A model generated the notes under the pieces. It was not told the DNA's origin. It did no database searches and saw only the letters and a list, made by a program, of their open reading frames with translations. Below are positions 24,141 through 34,291 of a stretch of DNA of 57,216 bases, in pieces. How positions within the stretch are numbered: the first letter of the stretch is position 1; the number at the start of each line of letters is the position of its first letter. Source of the stretch: Folioceros fuciformis. Lineage: Eukaryota. The DNA lies in NCBI GenBank assembly GCA_049999805.1, contig JBNGIO010006248.1, forward strand, positions 137,304 through 194,519, read 5' to 3'. The translations under genes and the position numbers were made by a program.

Positions 24141-26452
24141 TCAAAGTAATCGGTGTCGCCGCCTGGCAGGTGGTGACCTGCGTGAGGGAATGAGCCATTT
24201 GATCCATCCAAACACAACGTCTCCTTCCCCTGCAGAGGCCACTTCATCCTGATGCTGCCTAACCACTGAACCCCTTTCTCGGGCAGCTATGCTTTGAGAT
24301 ATTACCAACTCGAGGCGTTGAGTCTGCGCCTCCAATTTCTGTTGCAACTCCATGTTCGCAGAGCGTAGTTCAGCCGCTGAAGCAGACTCTGCGTTCAGTG
24401 CTCGTATGAGAGCTAGTTTGTCATCTGCCAACTCTACAATCAGAGAATTTATGCTCTCTATACATTTAACTTGAGAGTCAGGGATGGTAGCTGATAGCGA
24501 AGGTAATGGGAAGCTGATGAGCGCTCTCTGGCATAGATCTTCACAAGTGGCTATGCCTGAAGCCCGTGACGAAGTAGAAGTCACCCCCGCTTGCTGCGTC
24601 TGCAAAGGAGCCCCTGACAAACGAGAGTCATTAGGTGCACGTTGGTCCTGAGACACACCCGGCTCGCTACTCTCCTGACCCGCTCCAGCCCAATACAAAC
24701 CGGCAGACCCAGCTCCAAAACTTGGTGGCATATCGTCTGTAGAAGTACAAGCGTCTGCTTTCTTCAGCGTGGCAGATAAAGGATTCCGACCCGAGGCGAT
24801 CTGTTGAGGGACCTTGGACGACTGCTGAAGTCGAGCTGTTAGCAACCTTTTTTCCTCCTGGACAGCCTCAAACATGGATTTGAGATTTGCTCGGTCTTTC
24901 TCCAAGGACAACACGTGTTTCTTGTGTGAGTCGTTCTCAGCTGTCAAGGCTTCCATACTTCTTTCCAGCTTGAGCCCTTGTGACTTCAACTGAAGCACAC
25001 GCTCCTCAAGAGAAACCACCTCTGCTGCAAGCGTCTGTGATCGCTCAATAGCACTGGCACTCTCAAGCTGAGCCTTTTTCCTCTCAGCTCTCAGACTTGC
25101 TATCACCAGGGCCTGTGCTTGGATCTCTGCTTGTTGCTGCGCAATGTCGTCTCTAAGCTGGTTGACCACCTTCCCCTGATGGTTATAGTTTTCAGTCAAC
25201 GAAGAGTGTTCCTTAGCCAACTGATCTGCCACCTCATTTGCTACAGCCAGACCACGCTGCAAAGAGAACTTCTCCTGGGTTAGATCCTCTATGTGCTGCT
25301 CTAATGCACGGAAATCATCTTTGCTTGCCGCAGGTTGCCAGTAGTTGTGAGACATCGAGCTTCCTTTCTTTGCTGGACTGTCAACCACCTGTTCAAAGCG
25401 CTTTTCACCACCAGCTCCTGATTGCACTCCAGCTCCAATTGGTGGAGGTATACTGTCAGCTCGCAGAGAGCTCATACCGAAGCCTGGTTGTGCGCCAGGT
25501 CCCATTGAGAGAGAACCATAAGCAGAAGTATTCTGGGTCGGCAGGCTGTAAACACCAGCGCCTGGTTGTGTTGCAACTCCCGACGTCAAAGGAATCCTAT
25601 CAGTCGGCAGTCTTTTGACACCAGAGCCTGATTGTAGGTCTGACAGTCTCTTAACACTAGAGCGTGATTCTGTCGCATCAGAGACCAGGAGGCGAATATC
25701 AGGGGCCGGTGGTCTCTTAACACCAAATTCTGATTGTACGTCAGCTCCTGATCGTGGAGGAATCTTCTCAGTTGGCAGCCCGGATGCAGGAAATGGCAGC
25801 TCCCCTGGAACCTTGTTCTCTGACATGACCAGACCAACATTGCCTGACTGCGTCGCTGCCACACCCGTACCCGCATCATATGAGTCGTTAAGAAGTGCAA
25901 TTCCCTTGTCCCCGTTTCCCAGCCTGTTCTCTGCCACCCCGTTCTCTTGGGAAGGTTGCCAGGACCTCTGAGGTATGGGCTCCGCATTCTGGGATGAACT
26001 TTCAGTCACTTCATGCTTATCAATCACGTGCCCATTTTCTGAAGGCAATCCACCGTGCACTGATTTCACCAGACTCTCAGCAGCTGGAAGGCGTGAAGTT
26101 GACTGCTCATCAGAACATGCTGCAACATTCCCATCCAGCTGACCTTCTGAATCAGCCTTATTGCTGTTATCGGCTCTAGCCAGGGAGACTTTCTTGCCCT
26201 TCTCAGCATTTTTCTTCTCCCGGAATTTCTCCAGCCGTCTGCGGCCTGCATCCAATTGTTGCTTGCGAACTGTCGACACTGAACCGCAGCAACACGAGGA
26301 TAATTTAGACACCACCTTTCAGCACAAGAAATGAAGCAGCCGCTTCATCAGAAACACAACACTTCAAAGCAAAAGAGCCAGTTAGCATTGAAAAGACCAG
26401 GATCCACTCGTGAGTAGAACTTACATCCAGGGACACCCGGCTGTTCTACCAT
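24141..26452 (-). CDS. BLI: BLISTER-like coiled-coil protein, 2 coding exons
   Basis: Exon 1 26452-26425 (MVEQPGVPG, gtaagt donor) joins exon 2 26278-24141 in frame. RKQQLDAGRRRLEKFREKK, DDFRALEQHIEDLTQEKFSLQR, QKLEAQTQRLEL, C-terminal VFGWIKWLIP...RRHRLL. Confidence 0.88.
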
Positions 26453-26584
26453 CCTGTATGGCCTTCTACTCCAACCCAGTGCATCCCTGGACAAAGGTGT
26501 CTGCAACAAGCTGTCACCTGACAGTGAAATCCAATCCACCCGCTCCAAGCCCTATGAGCAATCCGAAAAGTCCTTCGGGATAGC

Positions 26585-26790
26585 TCAGGCCAGACGACGC
26601 AGATCCGCGATGGAAGGAGAGGTGTACTCAACGTCTTGCACGTCCTTTCCAGCTGCCTCGAACACTGTTCTCAGCCAAGATTTCAGGTCCGCCACATGGG
26701 CTGGATCAAAGCTAAATTCAGCATCGACTGCTGCCGCCATCTTCTTTGATGCAAACCACCACTCACAGATCAGCTAGGCTGGATGAACCT
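26585..26790 (-). pseudogene. Inverted partial duplicate of the AUG1 5' leader and N-terminus; 51-aa ORF at 26740-26585
   Basis: MAAAVDAEFSFDPAHVADLKSWLRTVFEAAGKDVQDVEYTSPSIADLRRLA* is 38/51 identical to the AUG1 N-terminus at 30062. Upstream motifs ttgccctaaccaggt and caaag.agatggc are shared. Confidence 0.85.
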
Positions 26791-28891
26791 GGTTAGGGCA
26801 AATTGAGTGAATCGAAGCCGAGGAGATGCGATAGCCATACACATATACAGAGAGGCATACACACATTTGTAGTAGCCCCGAGGTGGCTTCCTACGCTATA
26901 GTTTCCGAGACAGCTGGCAGCGAGCTGAACCTGTAGTGACCAAGGAGCCGAAAAACGGAGCTGTGTTCCCTACTCTACGATACACCAGATGCGGGCGATG
27001 AACAAGAAGCTGGCTACGGAAGCAGGGCGGAGAAGAAGCAAAACCGAAATTCCAATCAACAATGCTGAGATCCCGGCGGGGAGGAGCCCAAGGGAAGTCC
27101 CGCTTCTTCCCTCGCACACGGCGTGAGTAGCTCCCCCTCGCGCACCAACCCGCTACAAACCCGTGGGCTGGCTACTCGGGCATTACCTCCTACAAGTGCG
27201 CCCGGAACTGAGTTGTTAGCTTTGTTTTGCCGGTAACCTGCGAAGAAACAAACCAGATAAGCTTGACCTAGATTCGACACATGTAACGCGGGTCCTGGGA
27301 TGTGCCAATTTCTCAGCTCCAGTGTCACTGATTTGGGACTTCGTAGTGCAGTATCGTGGTCGGTATGCCTAAGAACGTGAATAGGAGGAGACTTTGAAAG
27401 CCATCCTTGCTGTGGAAGACCTCGCTGACGGTTTCGACTTGAAGGAGTTAGCTGTTGTTGAGGGCTACAGTGGCTGTGATGTGAAGGTAACGGACCGTTC
27501 CTTCCGTTCAAGACTCGGGATCTACCTCGTTGTGACTTCATTCATGTGCATGATGATGGTACAACAATCCTGACTGCATCATGTTGTGTATAATCTGTGC
27601 GTAGCGGCCACATACAGGTCCATGAGGGAGTTTCTTTCTCGACCAATAGCACCGGATGTATTGATCACATGAAACTTCTCTCGATTTGTGTCGTCAAAGA
27701 TCCCTTCCTCAAGGTCCTGGCAGAAGAATCTTGACCTCTGACTGGTCTCTGCAGGAGGCAAAGATGAAGGTCGCTGCCAATGCTACAGCTGCTTAAGCTA
27801 CCGCACAAGCTGCCAACGTTTCTGAGGCTGTTGCCGAGGCTGCTGCTAAGGCTCTCTCTTACCCTGGAGCTTCTTCTGTGGAGTCCGTTGCGCCTGCAAC
27901 TGAAGAGGTCGCAGTGGAAGAAGTCAGTAACGCGGCAACAACAGACACTGAGGGCGTCAAAGAGCCAGAAAATCAAAGACCCACGGGGATTTAGCCCCCT
28001 GTCAATCTGAATGTGTCAAGCTGTAGCGTACTGAGCCTCCGGACTTTGACACTGGAAGATTTCAGACATGTCAAAAATCAGTAACATTATTTTTCCTTCC
28101 TCAATGTCGTTGACCTCACCGATTTTGCTCAACCTATTAGGGTTTTGCAAGTTTTACGACCGTAGGTTGTGGCAAGCAGGAGCTTTGGGATTGGAATGAG
28201 CTGAATAGAAGCAGCAGGTCTCCTACTGCCCTAGTGCGTCACTGAAAGGTGGCCTGGTCAATTTCGTCGATGAAGAGTTGCACAGTACCCGCGTTGTTCT
28301 TTGGGGTGATTCATGGTACCTCCACTGCTGAATAAGCAGGCACACGGACGTATGTACCTTGACCAGCAGATTTGGGAGGTAGTTTGATCCATTTTTTTCA
28401 GGTGATTGTCTTGTTGTGATTCTTAGGGCTTAACCCTGATATGATTCGTCCAGGACATCGCTGTTCCTTGTACGCTTACCAAGCTAAGCTAGGTGTGATC
28501 CCCGACAAGGGGGGGCAACAAACAGATTTGTACTCATGTGGTCTATTGAAATTGACTGAAAAGGCGTTCTCTCCACTGGCTCAAATTCTATTATCTTGGA
28601 TTACTGAAGAAACTCTTGAGTCCAAATTCTTTTGTCCAGGACGGGTAAGTAGCAAAGATACTTGAGTTAAAATGGAACCACGATCCCTCGTCTTAGGGGT
28701 TTCAAGGGATTTGCGGAATCGATCCTTTGAATACGGTCAATGTGTCGCACAAGGAAAAGGAGTCTTCACACAAGTGTTCAGGCACAGCCTAAACCCGTAT
28801 CACAACCCTTAGATTGGGTTTAGTCTTCCCCTTTCTCAAGTATTTGTTTTGTGAGATTATATAGGATATCCATCCCTCCACAAAAGGCTCC

Positions 28892-29093
28892 ACTAATGTG
28901 GGGTAGAGAACTTGATTAGGAACTTTGAAGCAGGAAGCAAATTCTTGGAGTCTGACCTCGACTAATGTGGGGTAGAGAATTTGATTAGGAACTTTGAAGC
29001 AGGCAGGAAATTCTTGGACTATGGCCTCGACTAATGTGGGGTAAGAATTTGATTAGGAACTTTGAAGCAAGAAGCAAATTCTTGGAGTTTGAC
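28892..29093. repeat. 69-bp tandem repeat, 3 copies
   Basis: Units begin actaatgtggggta...ttgattaggaactttgaagca at 28892, 28961 and 29030. Confidence 0.9.
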
Positions 29094-30061
29094 ACTGAAT
29101 GGAAGTTCTATTTACCATGTGACAAGGGGAACAACCTACAATGGGAAAAGCCAAGAATGGGGCCTAATACCCTCGTCTATCTAGCCTACAACTCCTATCA
29201 CCCCAAAGATGTCATATTCATGTATAAGGTATGGCTTACTTTATCACCAGGGCTGCTGAAGCCACAGGCTTCAGCAGCCTTAATGTTGTCTGATAAATCG
29301 TCTTTGCCAAGGCTTGTTATAGCGCAATCAAAATTCGTTGCCGAAAAAATGCCACTACGCCAGATAGGGGAAGCCCTATGCCACTCTTGTTGACGTGATG
29401 GGTCTTCGCACATGTCTTCAAAAACTTAAAAAATCCCTACCCATGGCCCATGCATTTCAATAACAAGGAGATGAACAAGTGACCCTACTGCATAGGCATA
29501 TACTTGCAAGTCTCTCTTGTAGCACTTGTAAGTCTTCCTTGTTGCACTTGCAAGTCTTCTTTGTCGCACTTGTAAGTTTAAGTCTTCTTTGTCGTACTTA
29601 TAAGTCTTCCTCGTCGCACTTCCTTGTGCTGCTCAACCAGGGGTTGATAACGACATACTTTCTAATGGTTGTCCGAGTGGGCCCATTTGGCAGGGTAGGG
29701 CCTTTCATTTCCTTGACTATGTAGTTGGCTGACCATCTGATAATTTCAACTTCCGGACTAGTTTCAGATTTCAAGTACCTTGCGAGTTGGGGATAGATGG
29801 ATAGTAAAGTATATACCCCCTTTCTTTACATAAACCCAAGCGTACTTTGGGTCCCCGAAATACGGAACTCTCGTGGTTTATATCAAAATGTGCCACCATG
29901 GGGCTTACTTATCGTCTTCACGTTTGGGCATGGATGTGCAGCAGGAGTGTGTATGCAGAGCTCTCCACATGAGCCCGTCCTCGAGTTGCCCTAACCAGGT
30001 GATCTCAAGGCGGGTTGGCGAAGCACCTGCCGATCCATGAGCGCGTTTTGACGCAAAGGAG

Positions 30062-30937
30062 ATGGCATCAGCAGTTGATGTAGAAGCGAGCTTTGACCCG
30101 GCCCATGTGGCGGACCTCAAATCTTGGCTGAAAACAGTGTTCGACGCAGCTGGGAAGAATGTGCCAGACTTTGAGTATACCCCTCGATCCATCGCGCACC
30201 TGCATCATCTGGCCAAGACCTCTCAAAGACGCACTCAGGTGGCTGCCACAGTCGCAAAAGATGCTCGCCAGCGGGCAGGGGAGTATCGCAGCGAAGTGGC
30301 CAGGGTGCTGGAAGTGCTGGACTCCGCAGGGTTGTCTCAAGATAGCTTGTCGCAGTTAGGTCTAGGTTTTGCGCACTCTATAGGACGGCTGGCCGATGCG
30401 CTGGATCTCAAGGACACGGAATTGAGCAGCTTCCTGCTGGCCATGGCTGACCTCTCGCTCAAGAGGATCGACATCGAACAGAAGCGCGCGAGAGCTCAGG
30501 GCGACTCCCGGATGTTGTTAGACAATACCCGTAAGGCCATTTCTCGGTTGACGTATCTGAGGAGAACGCTGGCGCAGCTGGAAGAGGAGGCTTCCACCAG
30601 GGAGGCTAACACGTCACAGTGGCAGATAAACCTCAAAATGATGGCTTCCAAGGAGCGCCAGTACCTACAGCAGCTGGCCAACTACAAAGCCATGTTGAGC
30701 CGCGTCGGTTACACTCCGGACATCAGGCATGGCGTGCTCTTGAGGCTGGTGGAACACCATGATGAGCTTGAAAGGAAGATGAAGCCCCTTCTTGACACGC
30801 TACGGAGTTACCAGGATCTGCCCCCTGACAAGGCGCTCGCTGAGCTCGCCATTGAAGACAAAAGGCGTGAATATGAGGAAGCAGAAAAGTATCTCGAGGA
30901 GGCTCTTCATTCGGCCCTCAGCACAGCGGATCATTGA
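30062..30937 (+). CDS. AUG1: Augmin subunit 1 (HAUS1), intronless
   Basis: KSWLKTVFDAAGKNVPDFEYTPRSIAHLH, RQRAGEYRSE, TRKAISRLTYLRRTLAQLE, KERQYLQQ, LDTLRSYQDLPPDKALAELAIEDK. Confidence 0.92.
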   Translation: MASAVDVEASFDPAHVADLKSWLKTVFDAAGKNVPDFEYTPRSIAHLHHLAKTSQRRTQVAATVAKDARQRAGEYRSEVARVLEVLDSAGLSQDSLSQLGLGFAHSIGRLADALDLKDTELSSFLLAMADLSLKRIDIEQKRARAQGDSRMLLDNTRKAISRLTYLRRTLAQLEEEASTREANTSQWQINLKMMASKERQYLQQLANYKAMLSRVGYTPDIRHGVLLRLVEHHDELERKMKPLLDTLRSYQDLPPDKALAELAIEDKRREYEEAEKYLEEALHSALSTADH

Positions 30938-31343
30938 GTATCTGAGCTTTCTTTCACCTTCGCCTGTTTCTCCGGCGGCATCATGACAATGTAGGGCTCA
31001 AGCGAACACCGGCAACATTTTCTTTCTCCATGTTCTGGGTTGGCAGACCTCCTGGCCATGTTGTCTGAGCTCAACTTTCTTTGGCGCCAGGAGAAGTCTT
31101 CTGTAGAAGCCGGACGTGGTAAACCCTAAATGCAGAAGCAATAAAAGAGTCGGTCACAGTTTTTCGAAAAAAAGGATCGGCACACCCCGTTTGTCCGCCC
31201 GTTACGTGGGAGTGGGCGGGCGGTATGAATTCAAATGCCCCTCTTGTCAGAGGGTGAGGTGGGAGGCCAATCTCCCATTTTGTTCCAAAGCACAGGTTCG
31301 ATATTCGGTGTTGTGGAGGCCTCATGGTTGTGGCGGTTTGAGA

Positions 31344-32869
31344 ATGGAAACGTCAACGGAGACGTTTGTGACAGCATCCGAGGAGGAAGTTTGGCGCTTT
31401 GAGGAGGACATGGTTGCGGGCAAGTGCGATGGGGGCTTCTCTGACAGGATGCTGGCGCCGAGTGCGGAGGACACGGGGAGCCCGACCAAGGCGAGGCTGG
31501 AGCAGGTGGAGGCAGAGCTGGCCATAGCCAATGCCGAGCTTTCCAGCTTGAAGCAGCTCTTGAGCTTGGCGGAAGCCCAGCTGCGGGAGGTTGTTGATCG
31601 GGTAAGGAGAGTGCGCGGCACGGGTGTCTAATGTTGGAGGCGGGAGCGGGGAGCTAACACTGGTGTGTGTGGTGTCTACAGAGTGCGATGTACGTGAGAG
31701 ATGTGCAGAATGCAGCTAACAAGGAAATCTACACCACCATCGCTCACTGCAACTTGCTGTTAAGGAAGTTAGAGAGTAGCGGTGGGTTGAGGCAGCTTGA
31801 AGGTCGGAGGGGCGGCGTGGCTGGCGGTGTGGAAGGAGAGCGGGGAGTTCAGTTGCCTTCCAGCTTGATGGGTATTAGGAATGCTGTCGAGCTCGGCCTC
31901 GAGGGTCTGGAAAATGGCCATTCTCTTCTGGACCAGCTCAAGTCCGTGGAGAAAGAGCTATTTTTGTGTAGAGTTCGGGTAAGGGAGTGTGTGGTTTGGT
32001 GTTATGGTGGCAGGGGTGGCGTGTGTGTGCATTGGGCTTCGGCGGCTTTAGTCTTGGTTTGTGTTGGCTGCAGCTTAGTGAGGCGGAAAGGGAGATTCTT
32101 AAGTCAAACGTGGAGAAGAAGATATTGGAGGAGAATCTGCAGATCTCGGTTCTGACGGCGTTGAAGGTTTCTGCTCACTTCACAAACAACGAGGAATGAG
32201 GTTGAAATGGTGGATCTTGATGAAATCGTCTTTATGTTCAGTTGCAGGACGTCTTAGTAATGCAGAAGATTGTTATGAAGCTGGAGCAAATGGTAATGTT
32301 TGCTGTCGAGCATGAGTTATGATGTTGAATGGTGTGGCTAGGCTTTCGTCTGTGATGTAGATCTATTTCCGAGGGGCAGAAGATGTCAGGTTCTGACTCG
32401 CCAGGTGGGGTCGAAATTGTTTTCTGATACTCTTGTTTCTATGTTTGGGGTTTCCAGGCTCTCAGGGACCAGGGGATCGGCCATGAAGGAGGAAATGTCC
32501 CTGTGGGAAAGGACGAGGACTCCATTCAGGGCTCCCAGTCTCTAAATCAGCACCAAGATTCCTCTTCGTCGTTGTGTGTCTCAAAATTTGCTGAAACACA
32601 AAGCTTCCAGAAAAGGAAAAGGCAGCCTACCGAAAGTCTTCCTGGTGGTCTCCTGCAACAGAAGCCACAGGGCCCGAAAGTCACTCAACAGCAGGTACTT
32701 TTCTTTTTCTCTGTTTCAGTTCAGGATGATGAGTAGGATAGCTGTCCAGTTGAACTGTCCCATGCTCCTGAACTGTGTCGTGATCAACACAGCCACAGGC
32801 ACCATAGTTCGAGAGCTACGGCTGGTGATCTCAACGCGGAGAAAGCGTTGCAGGCTCAAGACGTACTGA
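31344..32869 (+). CDS. Hypothetical multi-exon coiled-coil protein
   Basis: Consecutive GT-AG bounded exons read in frame (METSTETF...LREVVDR / SAMYVRD...LCRVR / LSEAERE...TALK / LQDVLV...EQM / ALRDQG...QQQ), with heptad segments. The 3' end is uncertain and no family was recognised. Confidence 0.55.
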
Positions 32870-33265
32870 AAGTCCAGGGTCCTACCGCTGCAGGTGTTGA
32901 CAAATGGATGGCGCGCTGTTGGATCAATTCGTCCTCGCTTCTGAATCCGTGTGAGACAGTCCCAGTTGATGTCCTTATCGATGTCCATGATTAGTGTTTG
33001 CTGAAGAAGCTCAATGCTTGCTACAGGTTGTGTTCTCCGGACCCAGATCCTGGGCCTTGTCCAATTTTCACTGTACATATGACGCGTCCAGTCTCCCAAT
33101 CATCCAATCAGTTTCTACTTTTTCAGATTCCAAAGGGTCGTTCATTGACTCTGGAATCTAAAGAATCAAATTGCTTAGGAAACGGCTTGCAGATAATGAC
33201 ACATGTCCGCCAGATACCAAAGATGGTAAGGATGTCCTAAACACAAAGTACGATTGTGGCTATCA

Positions 33266-34291
33266 TTAATCGTCATCGCTTCCAGTTCCATCATCGGTGG
33301 AGAAGTCGTCAGAGAAAAACTCGTCAGAAAGTTCGTCGTCGGCTCCATCTGAAGAAAAGTCAAGTACAAAGGGGTCGCCTTCAGAATCCAGTGGGTCATA
33401 CCTGGCGTCTAGGTCACACTGATAACAGCTTGAAGGTCCTCCTGAGACGGTTCCATGACCCTCGCACGCTGCATCAAGCCCCCAGTCCTCTAGCGCCTCC
33501 AGCTCGTCGCTGGTTCCTTCGATGCTGACGGAAATAGCTGACTCTGACTTGCCGTCCTCGTCACTGTCTGATTCCGTGCAGGAGGAATCAGATGGCTTTG
33601 GAAACACCTCAGGCTGGAGCTTGTCACTGTCTGATTCCTTGCTAGAGAAATTAGATGGCTCTGGATTCCCTTGGCTGTTGACGTCCTCCAAACTCAAGCT
33701 ATAACACTCTCCATAACTGTCATCATCCCAATGGTGCTCGGTGCACCCATCCCAATGGTCCTCATACCAATGGTCCTCGGTGTCCCCATCCGAATGTTCT
33801 TCTGTGTCCTCATGGAGGAAGGCTTCCCATGGAAGGAGCATCATGTCCTCGGTGTCCTGATCTGACAGTAACGCACTTTCATGATAAGCAGGGTTATCCA
33901 CTGTGATGCCCCGGGACTCGTGGACATCCAGGCAGTCAGGTTCAGACTTCTCTACCAGTGGTAGTTGGTCAGCATTGCAGTTTTGGGATTGCTCTGCCAA
34001 TTGCAGAGCTCCTTCATCCATTGGCTGACCGTCATTCTTCCCTTGCTTAGCTACGAGTATACTGTCAACTGGTTCCTGCACATTGTCAGCGTCGTGCATA
34101 CGGACGTCCTCCGACCCTTCTTTCAAGACCTCGCACCCTGCAGCCTTGGACCTTACCCGCTCTACACACTCGCTGACGGGTTTGGCAATAGAATCCCCAG
34201 GAGCCTTGGGAAAAGCACGAATCCCACCCTCTTTCACCAGTCCCTTATCTTCTGTTGCTCCTCCATTCTCCTCCTCCTTGGTTACTGCCAT
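33266..34291 (-). CDS. Hypothetical acidic, low-complexity protein
   Basis: About 340-aa ORF from MAVTKEEE, preceded by a ctgcag acceptor (possible 5'UTR intron). Very D/E/S-rich, with EDHWY/EDHWD/EHHWD repeats and one CxxC. No family recognised. Confidence 0.5.
   Translation of the reverse strand: MAVTKEEENGGATEDKGLVKEGGIRAFPKAPGDSIAKPVSECVERVRSKAAGCEVLKEGSEDVRMHDADNVQEPVDSILVAKQGKNDGQPMDEGALQLAEQSQNCNADQLPLVEKSEPDCLDVHESRGITVDNPAYHESALLSDQDTEDMMLLPWEAFLHEDTEEHSDGDTEDHWYEDHWDGCTEHHWDDDSYGECYSLSLEDVNSQGNPEPSNFSSKESDSDKLQPEVFPKPSDSSCTESDSDEDGKSESAISVSIEGTSDELEALEDWGLDAACEGHGTVSGGPSSCYQCDLDARYDPLDSEGDPFVLDFSSDGADDELSDEFFSDDFSTDDGTGSDDD

Noticed and set aside
24141-26315. ORF-track start of BLISTER at GTG 26315
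   Set aside because: It lies in an intron. The acceptor at 26279-80 and an ATG-bearing exon at 26452-26425 explain the frame better.
32716-33099. 127-aa minus-strand ORF as a separate gene or SANTA-like domain
   Set aside because: No recognisable motif in any frame. It is likely UTR or antisense overlap.
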